Assembly (NCBI GenBank): GCA_024654505.1
Contig: JANLHN010000003.1
Span: 68,314-132,313 of the forward strand
Length of the DNA stretch: 64,000 nt
Reading direction: 5' to 3'
DNA from: Nanobdellota archaeon
GTDB lineage: Archaea; Nanobdellota; Nanobdellia; Pacearchaeales; GW2011-AR1
The translations under genes were made by a program, and so were the position numbers. The notes under the pieces were generated by a model, which worked only from the letters and a program-made list of their open reading frames with translations, did not search any database and had not been told where the DNA came from. How positions within the stretch are numbered: the first letter of the stretch is position 1; each line of letters opens with the position of its first letter. This document shows positions 36,959 to 46,046 of this stretch, piece by piece.

Positions 36959-37924
36959 ATGAAGAAGGGTTCAAAACCTCAAGAGATTAATGGATTAATA
37001 TTCCGGGAGTTAATTAAAAGGGGCTATTCTTTGGATGGGAATACAAGAATATGGGACGTTTCAGATTCCAAGTTATGGTATTTGAAACCTTATCAGGCAC
37101 AGGCCTATCTTGATTTGTTAGATTCTCAAGATTATAAATCTGGTTTTGCGCCGAAAGAAGAGATTATGATAAATGAGAATATACAAGAAATAGTTGATAG
37201 AGTTGGAGATACTCCTTTGAATATTATTGATTTGGGTTGTGGTGATGGTAGGAAGGCAGTTAAATTTATTGAAGAAATTGGAAAGAAAACAAAAGTTCGT
37301 TATTGCCCTATTGATATTAGTGCATTTATGGTAAAAAAAGCAATAGAAAATATCTCTAAGTTAAACCAAGGAGTGATTGTTAAGTCTCAATGGAATATTT
37401 CGGATTTTGAAAATCTAGAGAATGTTACAAATTTAATAAGCGATAAAGAATACCCTAAGAGTCTCTTTCTCTTGCTAGGTAATACGCTCAGTAATTTTGA
37501 ATTTCATGATTTACTTTACCAGATTAGAACGAGTATGAAATCAGGAGATAGTTTAGTTATTGGGAATGGTATAGAAAATGAAACTGTTGAAGAGGATATG
37601 GTGAGGTTTACAACAACTAACAAATATAACAATGAGTTCTTAGTGAAGATTCCAGAGCAATTAGGTTTTAATCAAAAGGATATCAAATTGAATGTAAGAT
37701 TTAAGAATCATCGTGTAGAATTTTATTACGATATACAAAAAGATTACCATATTAAATTTGGTGGAAGAGAAGTGAGATTTCAGAAGGGAGACCAAATAGT
37801 TGTTGCTGTTTCTTATCATTATTCTAAAGAAGATTTTACTGGTTTTTTGAACATTTATTTTGATGAAGTAATAACCAAGTTTTCAGATGATGGATCTTAC
37901 GGCCTAGCTTTTTGTAAAAAATGA
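36959..37924 (+). CDS. EgtD-like (Methyltransf_33) SAM-dependent methyltransferase
   Basis: 321 aa. IIDLGCGDGRK SAM motif and LLGNTLSNF motif, characteristic of histidine-N-alpha-methyltransferase-like enzymes. Confidence 0.55.
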   Translation: MKKGSKPQEINGLIFRELIKRGYSLDGNTRIWDVSDSKLWYLKPYQAQAYLDLLDSQDYKSGFAPKEEIMINENIQEIVDRVGDTPLNIIDLGCGDGRKAVKFIEEIGKKTKVRYCPIDISAFMVKKAIENISKLNQGVIVKSQWNISDFENLENVTNLISDKEYPKSLFLLLGNTLSNFEFHDLLYQIRTSMKSGDSLVIGNGIENETVEEDMVRFTTTNKYNNEFLVKIPEQLGFNQKDIKLNVRFKNHRVEFYYDIQKDYHIKFGGREVRFQKGDQIVVAVSYHYSKEDFTGFLNIYFDEVITKFSDDGSYGLAFCKK

Positions 37925-38352
37925 ATTCTAGAATGAAAAAAGAAATTATTGTTGCAGCCTCGGGATATTTTGACCCCATTCACATTGGACATATAGGATA
38001 TCTTAAGTTGGCGAAAGAGTTGGGAGATAAACTGGTTGTTATTGTTAATAATGATGAGCAAGCTGTTCTGAAGAAAGGAAAGCCATTTATGAAGCTAGAT
38101 GAGAGAATGGCTATTATTAAAGAACTCAGATGTGTTGATGAAGTTTTTGCTTCTGTTGATAAAGACTCCTCAGTTATCAATTCAATAAAAATAGTTAGGC
38201 CAAATATCTTTGCTAAAGGTGGTGATAGATTTGAGGGAGAGATTCCAGAGACCCCTATTTGTAAGGAAATTGGTTGTAAGATTGTTGATGGTTTGGGAGC
38301 AAAGATACAATCTTCTTCTAGCTTGATAAAGAATGCTGGGGAAGAAAGCTAA
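37921..38352 (+). CDS. cytidylyltransferase-family nucleotidyltransferase (RfaE-II/TagD/RibL-like)
   Basis: 143 aa. SGYFDPIHIGHI (HxGH) N-terminal motif. Start overlaps the upstream stop (ATGA). Confidence 0.6.
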   Translation: MNSRMKKEIIVAASGYFDPIHIGHIGYLKLAKELGDKLVVIVNNDEQAVLKKGKPFMKLDERMAIIKELRCVDEVFASVDKDSSVINSIKIVRPNIFAKGGDRFEGEIPETPICKEIGCKIVDGLGAKIQSSSSLIKNAGEES

Positions 38353-38394
38353 ACCTTTTTATATTTGATTTCTTGATTAGTTTGGAGAGCATAG

Positions 38395-38514
38395 GAGCCT
38401 ATAGCTCAGCCTGGTTTAGAGCGCCGGTCTTATAAGAATGGGATTCGTTAGAATCTTAGCATTTCTTCATTCGAAGAAAGCCGGAGGTCCTGGGTTCAAA
38501 TCCCAGTAGGCTCA
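38395..38514 (+). tRNA. tRNA-Ile (anticodon UAU) with ~44-nt intron at the canonical 37/38 position
   Basis: Exon 1 GAGCCUA-UA-GCUC-AGCCUGGUUUA-GAGC-G-CCGGU-CUUAUA. Intron carries its own 5-bp hairpin ucuuc/gaaga. Exon 2 A-GCCGG-AGGUC-CUGGG-UUCAAAU-CCCAG-UAGGCUC-A. Anticodon UAU read from positions 34-36. Confidence 0.55.
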
Positions 38515-38605
38515 TGTATGCAATCTTCGATTGCATAATGCCTAAATGAATTGAACTACGTTCAACCCTGTAGGGGGTTCTGGTGAACCCATCCCAGTAG
38601 GCTCA
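38500..38605 (+). repeat. direct duplication of the tRNA-Ile 3' end 91 bp downstream
   Basis: atcccagtaggctca (15/15) occurs at 38500-38514 and 38591-38605. A degenerate copy of the preceding variable/T-arm region and the shared 16-mer tgcaatcttcgattgc (38519-38534) lie between them. Confidence 0.55.
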
Positions 38606-38684
38606 TAGAAAAGATTTGACCCGGTAGGCACATGTTTAACTAAAGTATAATAATTCTTAAAAACTCTCATTTATCCAATTAGGT

Positions 38685-39065
38685 ATGTCAGGCGATATGA
38701 GAAAAAGTTATACTTCTAGATTAATAGATGGGATTGTGGGGCCTGGGCCAGCAAAGCATGCAGCAGCTATTATGGAATATTTTAGGAGGGATTCGGAAAG
38801 AACTCAAGGGTTTCCTCCAACACAGAGAATTGGAATGGTATGGCAAGGAATGTTACATCATGGAGTTCAACCTCTAATCTTAGAAGGAGATGTTGTTGAT
38901 CCCAGACTTCAACATTTGGGAAGAGAAGAACAGAGAATTTATTTGGAATTAGATAGTGCACAAATAGGACTTGATGTATGCGTACATAAGGGATTGGTTA
39001 ATTGTGCAACTAGACCAGATACAAAATATTCTCTTTCCGCAGCAGGTCTTGATTTTATTCGATGA
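38685..39065 (+). CDS. hypothetical protein
   Basis: 126 aa, no motif recognised. Confidence 0.3.
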   Translation: MSGDMRKSYTSRLIDGIVGPGPAKHAAAIMEYFRRDSERTQGFPPTQRIGMVWQGMLHHGVQPLILEGDVVDPRLQHLGREEQRIYLELDSAQIGLDVCVHKGLVNCATRPDTKYSLSAAGLDFIR

Positions 39066-39129
39066 AGATTCCAATAGGCTCACTTTTTAGTATACAAATT
39101 CTTAAAAACACTCCTTCGTTTTTTATTTT

Positions 39130-40776
39130 ATGGTGAAGTACATTTTCGTTTCTGGGGGTGTTATTTCTGGCGTCGGAAAGGGTGTTGCAACAGCGTCGGT
39201 TGGGAGAATACTAAAAGAATATGGATATAAAGTTACTGCGATAAAAATAGACCCTTATATAAATTGCGACGCTGGAACCCTCCGTCCAACAGAACATGGG
39301 GAAGTATGGGTAACTGAAGATGGTGGAGAAATTGACCAAGATTTAGGGAACTATGAAAGATTTTTAGAAACACCCATTCTAAAAAATAATGCCATTACTA
39401 CAGGTCAAATATATAAAACAATTATTGAAAAAGAGAGGCGGGGAGATTATTTGGGAAAAACGGTTTCAGTTATCCCCCACGTTCCAGAAGAAATTAAAAG
39501 AAGAATAGAAGAGGCATCAAAAAATTATGATATTGTTTTAGTAGAAATTGGAGGAACTGTTGGAGACTATGAAAACCTCCCCTTTCTTTTCGCTTCAAAA
39601 TCTATGGAGTTAGAATTAGGAAGGGAGAATGTTTGTCATATCCTTGTTACTTACATGCCTATTCCAAGCCATATTGATGAAATGAAAACAAAACTAACCC
39701 AATTAGCTATCAGATTACTCAGAGAAAATGGAATTCAACCAGATTTTATTTTTTGTAGAGGGAGATATTCTTTAGATGATATAAGAAAGAGAAAAATTGA
39801 ATCTTCATGTAATGTTTTTCCAAATTCTGTTATTTCCATGCCAGACGTTACTGGAGAGGGTACTGCTGGGACAATCTACACTGTTCCTCTTGATTTAGAG
39901 AAGGAAAAGTTTGGACAAAGAATTCTTGAAAGACTTAATCTTTCCAAAAGACGAGAACCGGATTGGAAAACTTGGGCCGAAATGGTTAGAAGAATTTCTT
40001 TTGCAGAAGGAGAAGTTAACATTGCCCTTGTAGGAAAATATATTGACGTAGGTAACTTCCAACTTACAGACTCTTATTTGTCGGTTTCTTCAGCATTACA
40101 ACATGCAGGAGTGAAAAATAATGTTAAAATAAAAATTCATTGGGTTAATTCAAAAGATATAGAAAAGGGAAGTGTTGATTTGTCTAAATATGATGGTTTA
40201 ATCGTCCCAGGAGGATTTGGTAATTCTGGTGTTGAAGGAAAAATTTTGGCTATCGAGTATGCAAGGAAAAATAATCTCCCTTTTCTGGGGCTTTGCTATG
40301 GCTTACAGATGGCCGTTATTGAATATGCAAGGAATGTTTGTAACCTGAATGCTAATACCTCTGAGGTTGACCCTGACGCGGAACATAAAGTGATTGATAT
40401 ACTGCCTGGACAGATTGGAATTTTTACTAAGGGGGGAACAATGAGACTTGGAGGATATCCTGCCTTCCTTAAACCAGATTCCCTTATTAGGAAGATTTAT
40501 GGTTTAAATGAAGTTAGTGAGAGACATAGACACAGATATGAGGTCAATCCTTCTTATCATAAAATTTTAGAAGAAAATGGTCTTGTAATCTCTGGAAAAA
40601 GTCCCGATGGAAGGCTTGCAGAATTTATTGAGCTCCCAGGCCATAAATTCTTTGTAGCAACACAGGCACACCCAGAATTTAAGAGTTATCCCACTAAGCC
40701 ATCTCCCCTCTTTGATGCTTTTGTTAGGGCGTGTGTTTTAGTTGAAGGAGTGAAAAACTATCCCAAGGAAATATAA
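39130..40776 (+). CDS. pyrG: CTP synthase
   Basis: 548 aa. N-terminus KYIFVSGGVISGVGKGVATAS, C-terminal class I glutamine amidotransferase domain (GLCYGLQ, HPEF). Confidence 0.9.
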   Translation: MVKYIFVSGGVISGVGKGVATASVGRILKEYGYKVTAIKIDPYINCDAGTLRPTEHGEVWVTEDGGEIDQDLGNYERFLETPILKNNAITTGQIYKTIIEKERRGDYLGKTVSVIPHVPEEIKRRIEEASKNYDIVLVEIGGTVGDYENLPFLFASKSMELELGRENVCHILVTYMPIPSHIDEMKTKLTQLAIRLLRENGIQPDFIFCRGRYSLDDIRKRKIESSCNVFPNSVISMPDVTGEGTAGTIYTVPLDLEKEKFGQRILERLNLSKRREPDWKTWAEMVRRISFAEGEVNIALVGKYIDVGNFQLTDSYLSVSSALQHAGVKNNVKIKIHWVNSKDIEKGSVDLSKYDGLIVPGGFGNSGVEGKILAIEYARKNNLPFLGLCYGLQMAVIEYARNVCNLNANTSEVDPDAEHKVIDILPGQIGIFTKGGTMRLGGYPAFLKPDSLIRKIYGLNEVSERHRHRYEVNPSYHKILEENGLVISGKSPDGRLAEFIELPGHKFFVATQAHPEFKSYPTKPSPLFDAFVRACVLVEGVKNYPKEI

Positions 40777-41049
40777 ATGTTAAACATTCCTAGTAAGGAA
40801 CCTAAAATGGCTAATATAAAAACAGAACCTCTAACCCTCAAGGTTCACGATGAAGATTTTGGAGGATGTGGGGCTATGGGTATAGATTCTAAAGGGGAAG
40901 ATGCAAGAGTATGTAATATGTATGAAGTGGGTTCTAATATTATTGTTTGTCCTGGTTTGGGAGGGGTGTGTGCTTATTTTCAAATAGATAGTTCTTTTAT
41001 GGTGCAAATAGATTCTAGATTGGTGCCTGCTTATGGGTGTGGTAAATAA
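40777..41049 (+). CDS. small Cys-rich hypothetical protein
   Basis: 90 aa with 7 Cys. Starts at the pyrG stop. Confidence 0.3.
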   Translation: MLNIPSKEPKMANIKTEPLTLKVHDEDFGGCGAMGIDSKGEDARVCNMYEVGSNIIVCPGLGGVCAYFQIDSSFMVQIDSRLVPAYGCGK

Positions 41050-41065
41050 ATAGAGAATAATATTT

Positions 41066-41278
41066 CTACTTAAGGTATTCTGCCCTATAATTTCTAATTG
41101 GGGCTTGCCTCATAGAAGGATGAACAGAGTAATCACCATGAGAATCTGCTGGAGAGTAGTATCTTCTTCCATCATCTTGGATTGTTCTATACCTAACCAT
41201 AAAATGTTTTTGAAAAATTGCCTTAAATATCTTTGGAGTATGTGTTATAATAACCTTTTTAACCAATGACTCCTCCAT
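41066..41278 (-). CDS. hypothetical small protein (doubtful)
   Basis: 70-aa ORF without features. Confidence 0.2.
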   Translation of the reverse strand: MEESLVKKVIITHTPKIFKAIFQKHFMVRYRTIQDDGRRYYSPADSHGDYSVHPSMRQAPIRNYRAEYLK

Positions 41279-41284
41279 TAAATT

Positions 41285-42466
41285 ATGTTATTGGGTTTGG
41301 TTGGGAAACCTTCTTGTGGGAAGTCTACTTTCTTTAAGGCAGCTACGCTAGCAGATGTTTTAATTGCCCCTTATCCTTTTGCTACCATAGAACCAAATCA
41401 TGGGATGGGTTATGTGCGTGTTAAATCTCTTTGTACTGAATTGGGAGTTAAATGTAATCCTCGAACCGGATTTTGTGATGGAAAAATTAGGTTTGTTCCG
41501 GTTGAGCTAATGGATGTTGCTGGTTTGGTTGAAGGAGCAAGTGAAGGTAAGGGTCTTGGAAATAAATTCTTAGATGATTTAAGACAGGCAGATTTATTTA
41601 TTCATATTGTTGATATCTCAGGAACCACAGATTCAAGGGGAAATGAGGGAAGTGGAGACCCTGTTGAAGATGCCAAAATGTTAGAAAATGAATTAAACAA
41701 ATGGTATGGAGGGATTTTCCAAAAAGTTTGGGAGAAGATGGCAAGGACAATTCAGACAAATAAACAGAATTTGGCCGAAGCCGTTGCAAAACAATTTTCT
41801 GGATTGAGAGTAACTGAAGAGGATGTTAAAGCAGTTTTAATAAAATTAAAGCTAGACCCCACTAAACCAAAAGACTGGTCAGAGGATAATCTAAAAGAAT
41901 TTACTAAGACACTCAGACATATGACAAAGCCAATGATTATTGCTGCTAATAAAGTTGATAAGAGTGGAGCTTCTGAAAATTTGGAAAGGTTGAAAAAAGA
42001 ATTCGGAGATATTTTAATTATTCCATGTTCTTCTGATGCAGAACTTTCTTTAAGACAGGCTGCAAATGCAGGATTGATTGAATATATTCAAGGAGAATCT
42101 TCTTTTAAAATCAATGAGGGAAAAGTTAATGAGGCACAAAAAAAGGCTTTGGATTCTATTCAGAAAAATGTTTTAGATAAGTTTGGTTCCACTGGAGTTC
42201 AAGAAGTTTTGGACAAAGCAGTATTTGATTTCTTAAAATATATTGCGGTATTTCCTGCGGGGTCAAGGTTAGCAGATAGTAAAGGGAATGTTCTGCCTGA
42301 TTGCTTTCTTCTTCCAAGTGGCTCAACAGCCTTAGATTTTGCATATTCTCTCCATACTGATATTGGAGATAGATTTGTTAGGGCTATTGATGTTAGGACA
42401 AAAAAAGCGGTAGGAAAAGACCATCCATTAAATCATAGAGACGGTATAGAGATTATGACTTCTTGA
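41285..42466 (+). CDS. Obg-family GTPase with C-terminal TGS domain (YchF/DRG-like)
   Basis: 393 aa. G1 LVGKPSCGKSTFF. C-terminal TGS-like segment AVFPAGSRLADSKGNVLPDCFLLPSGSTALDFAYSLHTDIGDRFVRA. Confidence 0.6.
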   Translation: MLLGLVGKPSCGKSTFFKAATLADVLIAPYPFATIEPNHGMGYVRVKSLCTELGVKCNPRTGFCDGKIRFVPVELMDVAGLVEGASEGKGLGNKFLDDLRQADLFIHIVDISGTTDSRGNEGSGDPVEDAKMLENELNKWYGGIFQKVWEKMARTIQTNKQNLAEAVAKQFSGLRVTEEDVKAVLIKLKLDPTKPKDWSEDNLKEFTKTLRHMTKPMIIAANKVDKSGASENLERLKKEFGDILIIPCSSDAELSLRQAANAGLIEYIQGESSFKINEGKVNEAQKKALDSIQKNVLDKFGSTGVQEVLDKAVFDFLKYIAVFPAGSRLADSKGNVLPDCFLLPSGSTALDFAYSLHTDIGDRFVRAIDVRTKKAVGKDHPLNHRDGIEIMTS

Positions 42467-42578
42467 GACTAGAGAAAATATAGTATTAAAAGATAAACCC
42501 CCTTTTTATGAGTATTGTTTTCAAAAATATACTTTTTAGAATACATCCCTTTATAATCTTTGATAAATTTGTGTAATT

Positions 42579-43532
42579 TTGATGGTAAGACATCTTGTTG
42601 AATCACAACAGTTAAGTGTGGATGCTCTATTTAAGATTTTCAAAAGAGCTGATTTTTTAAGAGCTCATCAGAAGTCTACACTAAAGAATAAATTACTAAC
42701 AACTCTTTTTTATGAGCCCAGCACCAGAACTCGTCTTAGTTTTGAATCAGCAATGTTGAAGCTAGGGGGTTCGGTAATTGGAACTGAAAGCGCAAAAGAA
42801 TTTTCTTCTGTTTCAAAAGGAGAATCTTTGGAAGACACTATTAGGGTTATTGGAGCATATTCAGATATTATTGTTCTTAGGTCAAGTGAAGAGGGTGCAG
42901 CGCTTAGTGCCTCTATGATAAGCAAGGTGCCCATAATTAATGGGGGTGATGGAAAAGGCCAACATCCCACACAAGCAATACTAGACCTCTATACAATTTA
43001 TAGAGAATTCAAAAGATTAAATAATCTTAAGATAGCAATTGTTGGAGATTTAAAGAGTGGTCGAACAGTCCATTCTCTTTGTTATCTTCTTGGGAAGTTT
43101 AAGAACATAAAGATTATCCTTATTTCTCCTCCCCATTTGAAAGTTGGAGAGAACATTAAAGAATATTTAACAAAACATAAAATCTTCTTTGAAGAAAGAG
43201 AGGATATGAATTCCATTCTACCTTTTGTAGATGTAGTTTATATGACTAGAATTCAAAAAGAGCGTATGTGTAAAACCGAGTATGATAAGGCAAATGGATG
43301 TTATAAAATTAATTTATCAAACATTAATCTGCTAAGAAGAAATACCCGAATAATGCATCCCTTACCACATGTTACAGAGATAGATTTGCCTTTCGAGGTT
43401 GAAGAAAATGATCCGAGGGTCGCTTATTTTCGTCAGGCCGAAAATGGTCTTTATGTCAGGATGGCAATTTTAGAAGATTTGCTTCTTTCAAAAAGAAGCT
43501 CTCGTCTAAGTATTTTACAAAGGAGAAGATGA
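42579..43532 (+). CDS. pyrB: aspartate carbamoyltransferase catalytic subunit
   Basis: 317 aa. STRTRLSFE carbamoyl-phosphate motif, HPTQA, HPLP motifs. No adjacent pyrI. Confidence 0.85.
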   Translation: MMVRHLVESQQLSVDALFKIFKRADFLRAHQKSTLKNKLLTTLFYEPSTRTRLSFESAMLKLGGSVIGTESAKEFSSVSKGESLEDTIRVIGAYSDIIVLRSSEEGAALSASMISKVPIINGGDGKGQHPTQAILDLYTIYREFKRLNNLKIAIVGDLKSGRTVHSLCYLLGKFKNIKIILISPPHLKVGENIKEYLTKHKIFFEEREDMNSILPFVDVVYMTRIQKERMCKTEYDKANGCYKINLSNINLLRRNTRIMHPLPHVTEIDLPFEVEENDPRVAYFRQAENGLYVRMAILEDLLLSKRSSRLSILQRRR

Positions 43533-43720
43533 AGTTGGGCAACTTCATCGTTAATATCCTACCCGAGCGCTTTGCGCATTTGTGAATACGTTGCTCAGAG
43601 TTGAGTTGAAAAAGTATGTTAAAGAATTGAGAATTTACTAAATGTTTTCTAAAAGTGAGCACTTTGGACTTGTCCTGGTGCGAGCGATTGATTTATTAAT
43701 GAAATATTCTTTTCAAATTT

Positions 43721-44122
43721 ATGAAATATAAAATGCTTTTAACAATCTTTTTGGTTGCAATCATTACTTCTGCACTCTTGGCGTTTGTTCCAATATCTAA
43801 CCTTTGTGCTCCAAACGACAATTCTTCTGGATGTTCTTTTGTTCAGAGTTCTACTTACAGTAAAATCTTAGGAGTGAATAATAGTTACATTGGGCTTGTG
43901 GCCTTTATTGCTTTGTTTTTTATCACCCTGTCACATATGTTTAGGCCGAGAAAAGAAAAGGAATTGATTATTTTGGTTGGTGTTGTGATTGCCTCCCTTC
44001 TTGCAGTTTACTTTATCTATCTGCAAGTTTTTATTTTGAAAGCGTTTTGCACATATTGTATGATTGTTGACGTTTTGAGTATATTGGCTTTAGTTATCGT
44101 GGGGATTTATGGGATGGATTGA
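43721..44122 (+). CDS. VKOR-family (vitamin K epoxide reductase-like) thiol-oxidoreductase membrane protein
   Basis: 133 aa, 4 TM helices. Loop Cys pair CAPNDNSSGC and TM CxxC (CTYC). Confidence 0.5.
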   Translation: MKYKMLLTIFLVAIITSALLAFVPISNLCAPNDNSSGCSFVQSSTYSKILGVNNSYIGLVAFIALFFITLSHMFRPRKEKELIILVGVVIASLLAVYFIYLQVFILKAFCTYCMIVDVLSILALVIVGIYGMD

Positions 44123-44175
44123 ATCACTTAGAAGTGGGAAGCTATATTTATAAGACTCCTTAACTAAAATAACTT

Positions 44176-44394
44176 ATGAAAATAAGGGTGATAGTCGTTC
44201 CGAATTCTGGTCGTCAAGAGATTTTGAAAATCTCTGAAAAAGAGTACAAGGTCTTCCTTAAGCGTTCTCCAGAAAAAAACAAGGCTAATGATGAATTAGT
44301 TGGCTTGTTAAAAAAAGAATTTAAATGTCCTGTTGCAATAATTCGGGGGAAAACGTCTAAGACAAAATTAGTTGAAATAAAAAATGGGAATTAA
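44176..44394 (+). CDS. DUF167/YggU-family small protein
   Basis: 72 aa. IRVIVVPNSGRQEI...KANDELVGLLKKEF...VAIIRGKTSKTKLVEI pattern of UPF0235. Confidence 0.5.
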   Translation: MKIRVIVVPNSGRQEILKISEKEYKVFLKRSPEKNKANDELVGLLKKEFKCPVAIIRGKTSKTKLVEIKNGN

Positions 44395-44788
44395 ATATAC
44401 ACATGCACCCGAACTAAGAGAGGTTGCTAGGGGGATTGTTGAACTTCTTGGATGGAATCATATCCTTTTGGAACATGTTTCTTTTTTGAGAAGTTTTGGT
44501 TCAAGTTCTCGAGGGACTATTGCCCGTTGCCATTCTCTTGGAAAGGCAATGCAGATGGGTATGGGACGAATAAAAGGATTTTATTTGATAGAAGTTATTT
44601 CTGAAAGGTTTGATAAATTATCTGAAAGAGAAAAGATTGAAACCCTAATTCATGAATTAATGCATATACCTAAAACTTTTGGAGGAGGATTTGTTCATCA
44701 TGATAGAGTTCATGATGAATCTGTCAAGAAAGTTTATGATCATTATTGTAATCTCAAAAATAAGGGAAGTGTAAATAGATGGTTTTGA
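44384..44788 (+). CDS. putative zinc metallopeptidase (HExxH; SprT/YgjP-like)
   Basis: 134 aa. HELMHIP zinc-binding motif. Confidence 0.4.
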   Translation: MGIKYTHAPELREVARGIVELLGWNHILLEHVSFLRSFGSSSRGTIARCHSLGKAMQMGMGRIKGFYLIEVISERFDKLSEREKIETLIHELMHIPKTFGGGFVHHDRVHDESVKKVYDHYCNLKNKGSVNRWF

Positions 44789-45075
44789 ATGAGATAAACT
44801 ACTTTATTAATGGGAAAAAAAGGAAAATTAAGGTTCAGGAAGTGTCTGTTTTTTCGACGGGATTAATGTTTAGATTAAATTCTCCACCACTCTTATTTAG
44901 CTTAAAAAAAGAAAAATGGTTCACAATTACAGGGATTTTTTGTAGGCCATTTAAGGCAATTTGGCTTGATGAAAAAATGCGTGCAACAAAGATTGTCGAC
45001 GTCAAAAATTGGAAAATAGGAATTTCTGGAAGAGGGAAGTATCTATTAGAGGTGCCTATAACTACCAAAAAATGA
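44779..45075 (+). CDS. DUF192-domain protein
   Basis: 98 aa. TGLMFR motif characteristic of DUF192. Confidence 0.5.
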   Translation: MVLNEINYFINGKKRKIKVQEVSVFSTGLMFRLNSPPLLFSLKKEKWFTITGIFCRPFKAIWLDEKMRATKIVDVKNWKIGISGRGKYLLEVPITTKK

Positions 45076-45172
45076 TAAATCTTCGACGATGGAGAGAGAT
45101 AGAAAGGTTTAAATAGAAATTTGTGTTCGGAGAAGTATTGTTTGTCAATAGGTAAAAAGGAGGTTAAAAAAA

Positions 45173-45316
45173 ATGGGAAAAATTATTGTAAAGGGCGTGG
45201 TTACTAGAAGGCCAGGACATTTGTATTACGTTGACGGAAAAGGAAATGTCTGTGAAGCTGTAATGGCTAGAGGCGGAAAGAAAAAGAAGAAGGTAGCTAA
45301 GAAAAAGAAAAAGTAA
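45173..45316 (+). CDS. small basic nucleic-acid-binding-like protein with poly-Lys tail
   Basis: 47-aa ORF below the ORF-track cutoff, MGKIIVKGVVTRRPGHLYYVDGKGNVCEAVMARGGKKKKKVAKKKKK. Strong SD-like aaggaggt 8 nt upstream. Followed by hairpin plus T-tract. Confidence 0.35.
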   Translation: MGKIIVKGVVTRRPGHLYYVDGKGNVCEAVMARGGKKKKKVAKKKKK

Positions 45317-45337
45317 ACCCTATCACAAATCATATTC

Positions 45338-45388
45338 AATGAACCTCCTTTAAGGGAGACTGGAGGTTCATTATTTTTTATTTTTTTA
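45338..45388. terminator. bidirectional hairpin terminator between convergent genes
   Basis: 11-bp perfect stem aatgaacctcc/ggaggttcatt with 13-nt loop, followed by attttttatttttttta. Confidence 0.5.
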
Positions 45389-46045
45389 TCCAAAATATTT
45401 TTCAATGTAGAATCTAATAAGTTGTTCCACTTCGGGGATGCAACTTTTGTCTTTTATTCCAACCTTTGTTTTCTTTTGAACGTCTTCTAATGTCTTTGCT
45501 CCTTCCAAAACCGCCTCTTCTATATCCTTGTCTGTAATCTTTAATATTTTATCAATAATCTTTGCTCCTTGCACAACAACCCTATCTTCTTTTCCACTTT
45601 TTCTGAAATAATTATTAATTGCCTCTCTAAGGGCCTTGTCCCCAAGGACAGAACAATGAAATTTCCTTTGAGGTAATCCTTTTAGTCTATTTGCAATATC
45701 TTGTGGTTTTATCTTTAATGCGTCTTCGATTTTCATTCCACCCTTTTCTGTAACCATAACACTAAGCATAGAAGTACTCCCAATTGCTGAAGCACAACCA
45801 AATGTTTGCCATTTACATTCTTTTATTTTGTTTCCTTTCTTATCAACTTTAATCCACATTTTCATCATATCTCCACATGCCGGACTACCAACCTGACCAA
45901 CACCACTTGCAGTCTTTCCATATTCTTTAGCGGCTGCTTCATCTTTTAGAAAATTTTTTGGATTAAAGAAGTGTTTTTTAACAATATCATTGTAAAACCA
46001 TTTCTTCCCCTCTACTTTTGCTTTCACGTCAACGTGTGTTTCCAT
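45386..46045 (-). CDS. nifU: NifU-like Fe-S cluster scaffold (IscU-type N-domain + BFD-like C-domain)
   Basis: 219 aa. GSPACGDMMKMWIKV...FGCASAIGSTSML cysteines of IscU/NifU. C-terminal Cys-containing domain. Adjacent to nifS. Confidence 0.7.
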   Translation of the reverse strand: METHVDVKAKVEGKKWFYNDIVKKHFFNPKNFLKDEAAAKEYGKTASGVGQVGSPACGDMMKMWIKVDKKGNKIKECKWQTFGCASAIGSTSMLSVMVTEKGGMKIEDALKIKPQDIANRLKGLPQRKFHCSVLGDKALREAINNYFRKSGKEDRVVVQGAKIIDKILKITDKDIEEAVLEGAKTLEDVQKKTKVGIKDKSCIPEVEQLIRFYIEKYFG

Positions 46046-46046
46046 C

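Noticed and set aside
42710-42970. Minus-strand 86-aa ORF inside pyrB
   Set aside because: Antisense to a highly conserved gene.
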